Virus record (IMG/VR): IMGVR_UViG_3300027996_002186
Location: 372,001 to 436,000 of that record
Direction: 5' to 3' (one strand)
Length of the DNA stretch: 64,000 bases
The translations under genes and the position numbers were made by a program. Positions 29,277 to 38,304 of the stretch are shown one piece after another. Each line of letters opens with the position of its first letter. Within the stretch, counting starts at the first letter, position 1. The notes under the pieces were generated by a model that worked only from the letters and a program-made list of their open reading frames with translations, searched no databases and was not told where the DNA came from.

Positions 29277-30248
29277 ATGAAAAATCTATTAATAACCATA
29301 TTACTATCAATAACAAATACTATACCAGCTATGTGCACACTGGTTGTAGATAATGGTAATTGGAGTAGTGCTTCATCTTGGGATTGTGGGTATATACCTG
29401 CATCGGATGGGGATACTATGGTTATCCCTTCTTCTATGACTGTTGTAGTTGATTTAAACAGCCCTACCTATGTTGATATGAGGATTGAAGTTTATGGAAC
29501 AATGCAGTTCAGTAATGGAAAGAAAATCAACATGGATAGTGATGGTATTGTTGAAATTTATACTGGAGGAACATTAACCGGTGGTAATTCTGGTTCTAGA
29601 TTAACGATAGGTGGAACTACTTGGTGGAGTGGAACAGATCCTCCCTTAATAGGCCCAACCATTGTTAGTAATAGCGGGTTTTTACCAATTGAATTAGTAG
29701 AATTTAATGCTATTGTAAATGAAGATAGAGTAGAAATATCATGGACAACTGCATCCGAAATAAACAATGACTATTTTATTGTTGAGAAAAGTAAAGATAC
29801 ATTTATATGGAGTAAGGTAATTGAAGCCAAGGGAGCAGGTAATAGTAATATCATAATCAATTATTTTGAAATTGATAACAACCCACTAATGGGGCTATTT
29901 TACTATCGCCTCACTCAAGTCGATTTTGATGGTAAGCAAGAGACATTTAATATTATTCCTGTTGAAAACGCTATAAAAGGTGAGGGTATTATGAACATCT
30001 ACCCCAACCCAGTAAATAAAGGAGAATGTATTAGTCTTTCATTTGAAAGTTTACATCGAGATAAGCAGGGAATTCTAGTTGTTCTTAGAGACATAAGAGG
30101 TAATGAAGCATATTCTATAATAAAATTTGTTGATTGTAAAGATGGGTTGGTTGTTATTGATATTCCTCATCACCTTACATCAGGCACATATTTAGTAGTT
30201 GCTACTTCTGAAAATTTATTATACAGTAAAAAAATAATCATAAAATAA
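29277..30248 (+). CDS. Secreted protein with type IX secretion (type A) C-terminal sorting domain
   Basis: Signal peptide; GNWSSASSW G8-like beta region; LPIELVEFNA..WTTASEINNDYF..YYRLTQVDFDG; CTD IYPNPV..GTYLVV..KKIIIK. Confidence 0.88.
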   Translation: MKNLLITILLSITNTIPAMCTLVVDNGNWSSASSWDCGYIPASDGDTMVIPSSMTVVVDLNSPTYVDMRIEVYGTMQFSNGKKINMDSDGIVEIYTGGTLTGGNSGSRLTIGGTTWWSGTDPPLIGPTIVSNSGFLPIELVEFNAIVNEDRVEISWTTASEINNDYFIVEKSKDTFIWSKVIEAKGAGNSNIIINYFEIDNNPLMGLFYYRLTQVDFDGKQETFNIIPVENAIKGEGIMNIYPNPVNKGECISLSFESLHRDKQGILVVLRDIRGNEAYSIIKFVDCKDGLVVIDIPHHLTSGTYLVVATSENLLYSKKIIIK

Positions 30249-30628
30249 TGATAATCAAGGGCGATCAAAGTACTCCATACGTAAAGTTAGATAAAGAAAA
30301 CTGTACACTTACTATTATAGGTAAATCTTACCCAGAACACCCATCATTATTTTATGATCCGATAGTGGAAGAGATTGATAAATGTAAAAGTGATTTGGGA
30401 AAATCTAAAATCACAATCAGAATAGCATTAGAAATATTAAATTCAGTTTCAACTAAATACCTTTTCCATTTGGTAAAAGAGTTATATGAATCAGCTATGG
30501 AGACGGAGGTTAATTGGTATTATGAAGAAGATGATGAAAGTATGTTAGAAGAAGGTAATTATTTAAAATCATCCCTCCCTAAATCAAATTTTAATTTAAT
30601 AGGTGTGTTGGATCTTAGATCAATCTAA
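30248..30628 (+). CDS. SiaC family (DUF1987) regulatory phosphoprotein
   Basis: STPYV, GKSYPE..FYDPI, NSVSTK, VNWYYEEDDESMLEEG. Confidence 0.85.
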   Translation: MIIKGDQSTPYVKLDKENCTLTIIGKSYPEHPSLFYDPIVEEIDKCKSDLGKSKITIRIALEILNSVSTKYLFHLVKELYESAMETEVNWYYEEDDESMLEEGNYLKSSLPKSNFNLIGVLDLRSI

Positions 30629-30710
30629 TAGTCTTGTAATATTCTAACCATTCTTCACTTTGACCAGAAATGAACTCCGGTGTTAAACAAGTTGGTATTT
30701 TTAATCATTT

Positions 30711-31085
30711 TTATCTCTTCTTGTCTAACAGAAGTCGAACAGATCGAAGAATATCTGTGTGATCAAATGGTTTAAATATGTAATCAGCGGCTCCTAAATT
30801 CATTCCTTTTTGAAGGTCCAAAGTATCTACTTTTGCTGTTACAAATAGGAAAGGAGGAATTACTTCCGTTGTCCAAATCAATTGTAACTCCCAGAGTAAT
30901 TCAAACCCGTCTAATTCAGGCATAGCAACGTCACAAATAACCAAGTCTGGACAATCTTTCATAATTGCATCATAACCTAATCTACCATTAGTAGCAGTTG
31001 AAACTTTGTATCCTGATAATTCAAATATTTCTTGTAATGTTTCTCGGATGTTTATATCATCTTCAACAATTAGTATGTGATCCAT
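30711..31085 (-). CDS. Single-domain response regulator receiver
   Basis: ILIVEDD, ICDVAMPELDG, VTAK, YIFKPF. Confidence 0.93.
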   Translation of the reverse strand: MDHILIVEDDINIRETLQEIFELSGYKVSTATNGRLGYDAIMKDCPDLVICDVAMPELDGFELLWELQLIWTTEVIPPFLFVTAKVDTLDLQKGMNLGAADYIFKPFDHTDILRSVRLLLDKKR

Positions 31086-31217
31086 AGTTACATCTTTCTT
31101 TTCTTCCTCTTCATATCACCCTCTATTATATGAGTCTCATACATATCTATATATTAATTTGGTAGTTTAATAAATAATGTGTATATTGTATTATTAATCA
31201 CTATAAAAGAAATAACT

Positions 31218-31508
31218 ATGGAATTTAAAATTGACGGAATAACACTCTATACTTGTGATAAGTATGGTAATAAAGGAAGAAAGATTGCTGATAATACATC
31301 ATTTGCATCATTTGATGAGTCTAGAAATATATTTATTGTTACTGATTTAGATGGTATCGTACAAACAAGAGATGGATATGGAAATCCTATTCGAAAAATC
31401 TGCGAAAATGCTATTGAGGCTAGATTTGTTGATAAAGATATCATTGTTCGTACTAGAAATGGAAATGAGCAACGTGATGAATACGGGAATTTAATTAGAA
31501 AAATATAA
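31218..31508 (+). CDS. Small protein with three DxYGNxxRKI repeats
   Basis: DKYGNKGRKI / DGYGNPIRKI / DEYGNLIRKI; start moved to ATG 31218. Confidence 0.7.
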   Translation: MEFKIDGITLYTCDKYGNKGRKIADNTSFASFDESRNIFIVTDLDGIVQTRDGYGNPIRKICENAIEARFVDKDIIVRTRNGNEQRDEYGNLIRKI

Positions 31509-31617
31509 CCATTTAATTAGGTGTGTTATAATATTATGATTATATTTGTAATAACAATATGAGGGATATATCATTTGTCAAAATCAGAATAAAAAAGTTA
31601 AAATAACTTAAAAAAGG

Positions 31618-31649
31618 TTTGGTAGAAGAGATAAAGTTCCGTATATTTG
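31618..31649 (+). promoter_or_regulatory. Bacteroidota -33/-7 promoter
   Basis: TTTG-N20-TATATTTG. Confidence 0.8.
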
Positions 31650-31699
31650 TAAGACAAGAAACAATATTATTAATCACTACATAAAAAAAAACAAAAACT

Positions 31700-32317
31700 A
31701 TGTCATTATTTACAAAAGCAAAGAAATCACCAGCTAAAACTACTAAAGCAAAAGCTGAAAAAGTAAGAATTACTATCGAGGATACAACATTCTTCGATAA
31801 AGTTACAAAACTAGAGGCACTTCAATCAACTATGAAATCATCTAAGGCGAAAGCAGATATGATTTCTGATGAACTAAAAGACCTTGGAAAAGAAAAATGG
31901 GCTGAACTTTACACCGAAACGGGTAAAAACCCAGGATCTGTGATGTTAGAACAAATTAATGATTCTGACGATGTTGCACAAGTAATGTTCCTTCCTACTG
32001 ATAAGTATATCACTATCAATGAGGAAAGATCTGAAGAGTTACGTGAGACTTACGGAGAAGAAATTGTTAACGAAGATACTACTTTCTCTTTCGATTCAAA
32101 AATGATTGAGAAGTATGGAGAAGTTCTTTCTCAGTTGATTATGGATTCTGTGGAAATTGCAGATAAAGACAAAGAAAAAATCATCAAAGCAACTACTAAA
32201 TTCTCTGTGGCTAAGGGAACCATCGATAACTTCAAAACTTACGGAGAAATTGGTGAAGTAATGGAGTCAGTTAGACCAGTAATCGCTTTGAAAAACGTAG
32301 AAGTAATTAAAGGATAA
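31700..32317 (+). CDS. Hypothetical early protein, probably highly expressed
   Basis: Perfect host-type promoter, own terminator, codon bias (aac/ttc/atc). Confidence 0.8.
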   Translation: MSLFTKAKKSPAKTTKAKAEKVRITIEDTTFFDKVTKLEALQSTMKSSKAKADMISDELKDLGKEKWAELYTETGKNPGSVMLEQINDSDDVAQVMFLPTDKYITINEERSEELRETYGEEIVNEDTTFSFDSKMIEKYGEVLSQLIMDSVEIADKDKEKIIKATTKFSVAKGTIDNFKTYGEIGEVMESVRPVIALKNVEVIKG

Positions 32318-32321
32318 AACT

Positions 32322-32353
32322 AAGAGAGTGTTATAATATATAACACTCTCTTT
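32322..32353 (+). terminator. Intrinsic terminator-like hairpin
   Basis: aagagagtgttata-ata-tataacactctctt, 14-bp stem after stop at 32317. Confidence 0.75.
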
Positions 32354-32367
32354 AAAAATAAAATAAA

Positions 32368-32544
32368 ATGAATTTATTTAAAAATACACATATATTGAAA
32401 CAATTTGCTAAATCGTATCCAAATGATGAGGATTTAGGTAATATAGTTAGGAAATCTTTTCCTATTGATGAATTTGTTAAGAGTATTCCTAATGACCGAA
32501 CTTTGGGAACAGAAATTAGAAAAAAATTAATTCAAATTAATTAG
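32368..32544 (+). CDS. 58-aa protein with duplicated PNDxxLGxxxRK motif, not in ORF track
   Basis: MNLFKNTHILKQFAKSYPNDEDLGNIVRKSFPIDEFVKSIPNDRTLGTEIRKKLIQIN*. Confidence 0.75.
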   Translation: MNLFKNTHILKQFAKSYPNDEDLGNIVRKSFPIDEFVKSIPNDRTLGTEIRKKLIQIN

Positions 32545-32602
32545 GTAGTATAAATTAATAATTAGTATATTCGTAAAAGTTAAAATTAAAAATAATAAAA
32601 AT

Positions 32603-33739
32603 ATGTCGAAAATTTCAAAATCAAAACAAGTAAGTCCAGAATTACAAGAGAAATTATCTCTTTTAACTCCTAAAGAAAGAAAATACTTCTCTGTTATGTG
32701 GGCCAAGTATGGTGTTCTTAACATCATTTCTAAACCAGGAGTTGCGAAGTCTGCGATTGGTCGTTCAATCTGTGATAAATTAGGTTTCCGATATATGGAT
32801 ATCAGATTATCAATGGTTGATGAAACTGATGTAGGACTTTATCCAGATGTCTCAGAGATTGAGGTTGATGGTAAAAAAGTTAAATGTTTGGACTTCGTTG
32901 TTCCTAGATGGGCAATTGAATCTAACAAACAACCAACGATTATTCACTTTGAAGAGTTGAACAGAGCTTCTCAACAAGTTCGAAACGCGGCTCTACAAAT
33001 CTTACTTGAGCGTCAGATTGGAACAGAGTTTGAATTTAATGATAATGTCCTTATGATGTCTTCTGGTAACCTTGGAGACGAAGATGGGACAGATGTTGAA
33101 GAGTTCGATGCGGCACTTAACAACCGTTTAGTTCATATCAACCACGTACTTGGTGTTGACGAGTGGATTGAAAATTTCGCTGAAGAGAATGTTCACCGTT
33201 TAATTACGTCATTCATCAAAGCACACCCTGAGCAAATGTATAAAACTAGTGATAACGCTAAAGCATACGCTACTCCCCGTTCTTGGACGATGTTGTCTGA
33301 GTTCATCATTACCAACTTTGGTGAAGATGCTTCTCCTAAAGATTTCCTTCCATTAGTGAAAGAAGTCGCAACTGGTTACCTTGGTAACTCGTCTATGAAG
33401 TTCGTACAGTACTGTGAGGATATGTTAAATATCTCTATTGAAGATGTTCTTAACAACTATGATGGTATTAAGAAAGACTTGGCTAAATACAACCGTGATA
33501 AAAACTCCGAATTAATTCAATCATTAAAAGAGATCGAAATCACTAAATTAACTAATAAACAACTTAAAAACATTGTTAAGTTTCTTGAGAATGTTGGTGA
33601 TGATGAAAAAACGGCTTACTTACTTTACATCTTGGATAACGTAGCTGATGTTACAAATCCAAAATTAAAGAACTTCCTTTTAGAGTTCGAGGAATTGTTG
33701 AGAACTATTAAGAAAATCAACAAACCGGGTAGTAAATAA
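32603..33739 (+). CDS. MoxR-like AAA+ ATPase (partner type of DUF2201/VWA proteins)
   Basis: Walker A variant SKPGVAKS, DIRLS, Walker B variant IHFEELNRA, SGN, ALNNR, ATPRSW. Confidence 0.88.
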   Translation: MSKISKSKQVSPELQEKLSLLTPKERKYFSVMWAKYGVLNIISKPGVAKSAIGRSICDKLGFRYMDIRLSMVDETDVGLYPDVSEIEVDGKKVKCLDFVVPRWAIESNKQPTIIHFEELNRASQQVRNAALQILLERQIGTEFEFNDNVLMMSSGNLGDEDGTDVEEFDAALNNRLVHINHVLGVDEWIENFAEENVHRLITSFIKAHPEQMYKTSDNAKAYATPRSWTMLSEFIITNFGEDASPKDFLPLVKEVATGYLGNSSMKFVQYCEDMLNISIEDVLNNYDGIKKDLAKYNRDKNSELIQSLKEIEITKLTNKQLKNIVKFLENVGDDEKTAYLLYILDNVADVTNPKLKNFLLEFEELLRTIKKINKPGSK

Positions 33740-33761
33740 TCTTAGTAATAAGATTCACAAC

Positions 33762-33794
33762 AGGGGGGTATCGGTTGGATATCCCCTTTTTTTT
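33762..33794 (+). terminator. Intrinsic terminator
   Basis: gggggtatc-ggttg-gatatcccc followed by T8. Confidence 0.85.
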
Positions 33795-33829
33795 GCTCAA
33801 ACAAATAAAAATAAAATGATATATAATAT

Positions 33830-34063
33830 ATGAATGATGATAAAGTCGAGATACAAATAGTTTTAAAGAATCACTTTGGTGAATTTCTTGGTAAGAAATC
33901 AGTTCTTAGTGAAGATCAGTACAAAAATCTATTACAGATGTCTAAGAGTTTTTATAATGGATCAGGGTTTGAATTAACGTGTGAGGATGGATCATTTGTT
34001 GTTTTCCCACCAGAGATAGTTCGGCAGTCTATATTACTAGTAAAAAAAATAAAGAATGTTTAA
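33830..34063 (+). CDS. Small hypothetical protein
   Basis: 77-aa ORF, overlaps next start. Confidence 0.7.
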   Translation: MNDDKVEIQIVLKNHFGEFLGKKSVLSEDQYKNLLQMSKSFYNGSGFELTCEDGSFVVFPPEIVRQSILLVKKIKNV

Positions 34064-34706
34064 AAATAGATTCAAGAGATTTGGTGGTGATTATATACCT
34101 GATATAATAGAATATCTTAGAGAGATCGTTAAAAACGATCCTACATCAACTATAACAGTTGGTTGTGACTCAATACAAAAGCGTAGAAAGACAGTCTATG
34201 CAAATACTATAATGATTTACAATTCGGATATTAAAAGGGGAGCACACGTTGTTTTCTTTAGAGAGGAATGTAGTAAGATTAGGGATAATCAAGAAAGGTT
34301 ATATAAAGAAGCTCAATGGTTACATGATATTGGAACTTATCTTGATAAGGAATTATCTGATTTTTATATTAGAAAAGATTTAACCGATAATGAGATAAAG
34401 AGATATAAGTATCACTTATTAAAATGTGTTGGTGAGTATTCTAATGTTGAAACACATCATGAAGATGGAGTTATGACTAACCTTGTTATAACCCCACTTG
34501 ATAGATTACAACCTAGATTAGTTGACTTACACGTTGACTTCAATCCATTTGAGGGTAATATGAATGAAAAGGGAGTTCGTAAGAATAAATCATATGCTGC
34601 TTATAAGGCTTACGTTCCTTGGTTGAGAGGTATGGGTTTTAGAACTTGGAGTAAACCGCAAGCATTCGCTGCAACTTCAGCAGCAGATTTATTATTAAAA
34701 GATTGA
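34056..34706 (+). CDS. RNase H-like YkuK (DUF458) family protein
   Basis: ITVGCDS, GAHV, ERLYKEA, LHVDFN, KPQAFAATSAAD. Confidence 0.8.
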   Translation: MFKNRFKRFGGDYIPDIIEYLREIVKNDPTSTITVGCDSIQKRRKTVYANTIMIYNSDIKRGAHVVFFREECSKIRDNQERLYKEAQWLHDIGTYLDKELSDFYIRKDLTDNEIKRYKYHLLKCVGEYSNVETHHEDGVMTNLVITPLDRLQPRLVDLHVDFNPFEGNMNEKGVRKNKSYAAYKAYVPWLRGMGFRTWSKPQAFAATSAADLLLKD

Positions 34707-35086
34707 TGTTTGAGATAAATAAATACCTTTTAAGAAAGATGGGATGGGTTGACTATTGCCGATCAACGGGAATCGGACTGTACATAACTTGTATTAATAA
34801 CAATAAGATATTGAATTTATTTGAGGATGATGATTTGATAAAGTTTTTTATTGATATAAAGGATAGAAAATTTTGCTATTTAATAAAAGAACTTTCGGAT
34901 TTCGAAAAACAAAAATCAAAAAATACATATAAATTTATAATAACTGATTATATAGATCAATTACCCGTTATTGATTATGTTGAGTTTAACTCAAATGAGA
35001 GTCTATTTAAGATGATAATTATTAACGAAGCTTGTAACGATGAATATGAAAGACATTTTAAAATAAATAAACTATTAAATAGATGA
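34706..35086 (+). CDS. Hypothetical protein with RxxKI tag
   Basis: Ends ERHFKINKLLNR. Confidence 0.7.
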   Translation: MFEINKYLLRKMGWVDYCRSTGIGLYITCINNNKILNLFEDDDLIKFFIDIKDRKFCYLIKELSDFEKQKSKNTYKFIITDYIDQLPVIDYVEFNSNESLFKMIIINEACNDEYERHFKINKLLNR

Positions 35087-35694
35087 AGAGAAGAGAATTA
35101 AAAATATTAGGATTATCATATAGTCAGAGCCAAGTTGGATCTTATGTTTTGGTACTTTCTGATAAAAATGGTAGTCGAAAATTACCATTGATAATTAAAC
35201 CACTAGAAGCTCAGAGAATAGCTCTTGAGTTAGAGGGTATTAAATCACCTAGACCATTAACACATGATTTGATAAAATCAATGAGTGATTCATATGGTAT
35301 TGATATACAAGAGGTTTATATACATTCTTTATTAGAGGGTGTTTTTTATACTAAACTTGTTACATCAAATGGTATAGAGGAATTTGAGATTGAATGTACT
35401 GCTGGTGATGCTATGGCTTTATCCGTAATTTACAAGTGTCCTATTTTTGTAACAACTGATATATTAGAATCTGCGGGTATAGTTATATCAAGTGAGGATG
35501 AAGAAGGCAGTATTTATGAATTTGGGGATGATGAAATTGACTCAGAACTTAATGATATTTTTGAACCGAAGCCAGAGAGAATTGTATCTATTGAGGACCT
35601 TGAAATAATGATGAATAGCGCTATTGATAATGAAGAGTATGAGATAGCAGCAGAGATTCGAGATAGGATCAATGAATTAAAAGAGGGTGAGTAA
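35083..35694 (+). CDS. Bifunctional nuclease (DUF151) with C-terminal UVR domain, Bacteroidota-type
   Basis: LSYSQSQVGSYVLVL, LPLII..EAQRIA, RPLTHDL, EGVFY, EEYEIAAEIRD. Confidence 0.9.
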   Translation: MKRRELKILGLSYSQSQVGSYVLVLSDKNGSRKLPLIIKPLEAQRIALELEGIKSPRPLTHDLIKSMSDSYGIDIQEVYIHSLLEGVFYTKLVTSNGIEEFEIECTAGDAMALSVIYKCPIFVTTDILESAGIVISSEDEEGSIYEFGDDEIDSELNDIFEPKPERIVSIEDLEIMMNSAIDNEEYEIAAEIRDRINELKEGE

Positions 35695-35723
35695 TTCAAC
35701 ATTATAAAAATAAATAAAAAGTT

Positions 35724-36599
35724 ATGGCATTAAGTTATATTGGCGGAAAGAGTCGCATTGGTACATGGATAAGGAATTACATTCCAAATGACGTAGAGAC
35801 TTACGTAGAACCCTTTTCGGGTATGTTTTGGGTATTCTTTAAGTTAGATGTTCCACAATTCAAAAATTTAAAGAGAGTTGTTTATAATGACTTTAATCCA
35901 TTAAATGTTAACCTATTTAATTGTATTGTAAACTATGATGATTTTTATGATGTGATTAAAGATTATAAATCACAGGATAAGGAATTATTCAATAGATGTC
36001 AGAGTGAAATATTTCATCCCGATTTCCAAGTTGATTTATCTGAACCTGATTATCATACAGCTGCAAAATATGCGTATGTTCTTAGTCAAGTTTGGTCTGG
36101 TACTAATCCAGAGAAAGGTAAGTTTATTGACTTAAAGGGTAAATATAAATCTAAGTTTGATTCATTCAAAGGTAAGTTAACCAATGATAAGTGGAAAGGT
36201 TATTTTGATAAGATTACTGTTTGTGAGAATATGGACTTCCAAGATGTTATTGAGAAGTATGATTCACCATCAACATATTTTTATTGTGACCCACCTTACT
36301 ATAAAACAGAAAAGTATTATGCTAATCATGATTTCGGTTTAGATACACATGAAAGATTAGCTGATTCATTAAAAGCAACAACTGGTAAATTCTCATTGAG
36401 TTACTACCACTTTGATCAATTAGAAGAATGGTTCGTGAGAGGTGATTATAGATGGGAGCAGAAAGACTTTCATAAAGCTTCTATGGCAAAGTCTGGTAAG
36501 GCACAAACAAAGGGAACAGAAATTCTGATAATGAATTATGGTATACCTAAAGATGATTTGGAATCCTCAGAAGAGGAAGAAGAAACATTTGAGATATAA
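35724..36599 (+). CDS. dam: Dam-like (D12 class) DNA adenine methyltransferase
   Basis: YIGGKS, YVEPFSG, YNDFN, YCDPPY, EILIMNY. Confidence 0.9.
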   Translation: MALSYIGGKSRIGTWIRNYIPNDVETYVEPFSGMFWVFFKLDVPQFKNLKRVVYNDFNPLNVNLFNCIVNYDDFYDVIKDYKSQDKELFNRCQSEIFHPDFQVDLSEPDYHTAAKYAYVLSQVWSGTNPEKGKFIDLKGKYKSKFDSFKGKLTNDKWKGYFDKITVCENMDFQDVIEKYDSPSTYFYCDPPYYKTEKYYANHDFGLDTHERLADSLKATTGKFSLSYYHFDQLEEWFVRGDYRWEQKDFHKASMAKSGKAQTKGTEILIMNYGIPKDDLESSEEEEETFEI

Positions 36600-37013
36600 A
36601 TGAAAAGGATTCTTAAATCCAAGACTTATCCAGATGAGGGATCGTTTGCACCAATTATCTATATAATGTATTATGATGAAGACTTTGTTATATATGATAC
36701 TAGGATAAAATTAAGTGCTGAATTTATACAAGAACTTAATTCGATGGGTGTCCCATGTTTTGCCACGCGAGGAGATCAAGAAAGTAAATTACTTAATGAT
36801 ATGATTGAATTTTATCAAGTTCTTGAAAAAAATGAATTAGATATCAATGATATAGATATCAATGAAATTGAAAAAGAATATTTAGATGAGCTTTTAAAAA
36901 TTGAAATTAATTCTGTAAATGCAATCGCTAGATATGATGAAATGTATCTATTGAGATTAGATAACGTTAAACAATTAAGAAGGTTAAAAAATCTTAGTGA
37001 TTTGGGAGTATGA
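36600..37013 (+). CDS. Hypothetical protein, C-terminal tag variant
   Basis: Ends LRRLKNLSDLGV. Confidence 0.7.
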   Translation: MKRILKSKTYPDEGSFAPIIYIMYYDEDFVIYDTRIKLSAEFIQELNSMGVPCFATRGDQESKLLNDMIEFYQVLEKNELDINDIDINEIEKEYLDELLKIEINSVNAIARYDEMYLLRLDNVKQLRRLKNLSDLGV

Positions 37014-37076
37014 ACGTGATAAAAAATAGATGAGGTACTTAGTTAATTAATAAATAATAAAATAACATTTTATTTT

Positions 37077-37289
37077 ATGAAATATAAATCAGGAGACTTA
37101 GTTATAAAAACAACCGGTGGGAATAAAATGTCGGTTTTTAGTATTAGTGACGGAATTTATAAGTGTATTTGGTGTGTTGGTAGTAAAATGAATGAATCAT
37201 TATTTAATGAAGACGAGATAATACCAATAGAAGATTATAAAATACTTGAGGAAAGACAATACAAGATAAGTCAGATATTAGATAACTGA
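37077..37289 (+). CDS. YodC/DUF2158-like small protein with RxxKI tag
   Basis: GDLVIKTTGGNKMSV..CIW..FNEDEI; ends ERQYKISQILDN. Confidence 0.7.
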   Translation: MKYKSGDLVIKTTGGNKMSVFSISDGIYKCIWCVGSKMNESLFNEDEIIPIEDYKILEERQYKISQILDN

Positions 37290-37307
37290 TTCTAACGAAC
37301 TTCCCTA

Positions 37308-37940
37308 TCAATCTCCGTTGAGATGATTATTGAAGTCATCTGAGTTTTTTATCACTTCACCAGAAGATGTTATAAAGGTTCCCCAAGTACAATCCATTTT
37401 AAAATAAACTCTAATCTCTAATGGATCTACCTCTCGTAAGGCTGTATCGAACTTTGTTTGCCAAAAACAAATTTTCATTTCATAACCCATTAATTTCAAT
37501 CTATTCTTAGCTTCAATTATATCATCAATCGAATCTATACCATTTTCATTTAACCAACCACCATGTGTACCATCATAAGTAAAATCAACACCGATTGATA
37601 TAAAAGTATTTTCAAACTCAGCATAGTATTTAGGTACAAAAAATTCAGATATCGATTCTAAATCTTTCTTTGATGGTTCTCTGTGAAATTTATTTCCAGA
37701 TATTGATGGTGAATAATTTATATTTAAATCTCTAGGTGTATCTTTCTTTGGGTTATAAATACCACCAAATTTATAACCATTTATAATACCTTTATCCTCA
37801 AATGATATAAAACAATTTCTAACATCATCAATAACTTTTTTAATCTGAGGTGTATTTTCAGCAGCTAATCTATCTTTCATATCTAAATATGATGGTATCT
37901 CATCATTATTTTCATTGAATTTGCTCCAGCCTTGAATCAT
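37308..37940 (-). CDS. Hypothetical protein, CTS-like N-terminus, dispersed paralog family
   Basis: MIQGWSKFNEN; DVRNCFISFEDKG; KNRLKLMGY. Confidence 0.75.
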   Translation of the reverse strand: MIQGWSKFNENNDEIPSYLDMKDRLAAENTPQIKKVIDDVRNCFISFEDKGIINGYKFGGIYNPKKDTPRDLNINYSPSISGNKFHREPSKKDLESISEFFVPKYYAEFENTFISIGVDFTYDGTHGGWLNENGIDSIDDIIEAKNRLKLMGYEMKICFWQTKFDTALREVDPLEIRVYFKMDCTWGTFITSSGEVIKNSDDFNNHLNGD

Positions 37941-37942
37941 AA

Positions 37943-37954
37943 TAATATATATTA
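37943..37954. promoter_or_regulatory. Palindromic bidirectional late-type promoter TAATATATATTA
   Basis: Perfect 12-bp palindrome in the 17-bp gap between divergent ATGs at 37940 and 37958. Confidence 0.65.
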
Positions 37955-37957
37955 AAT

Positions 37958-38302
37958 ATGAAACTGGATATTAATGAAATATATCATCAATACATAATTA
38001 GAGTTATAATATTCTCACTTTTTCTTTATAAAAGGCAAATTAGACAACCATCGGTTTATAGACAATCTGTATTATCATTTGTTAATAAAAGATTGCCTTG
38101 GAAAATAAATCTGTATGTTGATACAGGTCTTAAATTAGGGAAAGAGGATGAGAGAGATATTATATTAGATGAGTTATTAAATGGTATTGAATCGGAACAA
38201 ATATCACTTGTCACAATAACATTTACTTCACCACTGAAGGAAGTTACAATGGAGATTGATCTAAAGAGCGAAGAAAAATATCAAAAGTTTTTATATAAAT
38301 AA
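37958..38302 (+). CDS. Hypothetical protein
   Basis: 114-aa ORF. Confidence 0.6.
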   Translation: MKLDINEIYHQYIIRVIIFSLFLYKRQIRQPSVYRQSVLSFVNKRLPWKINLYVDTGLKLGKEDERDIILDELLNGIESEQISLVTITFTSPLKEVTMEIDLKSEEKYQKFLYK

Positions 38303-38304
38303 TT

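Noticed and set aside
29277-31085. Host chromosomal contamination or a prophage boundary at the bacterial-looking genes
   Set aside because: Composition matches the flanks, phage-type motifs flank these genes, and no integrase or att-like junction is visible.
16531-36599. Restriction-modification systems around the two methyltransferases
   Set aside because: Neither has an adjacent recognisable endonuclease; orphan protective methyltransferases are common in large phages.
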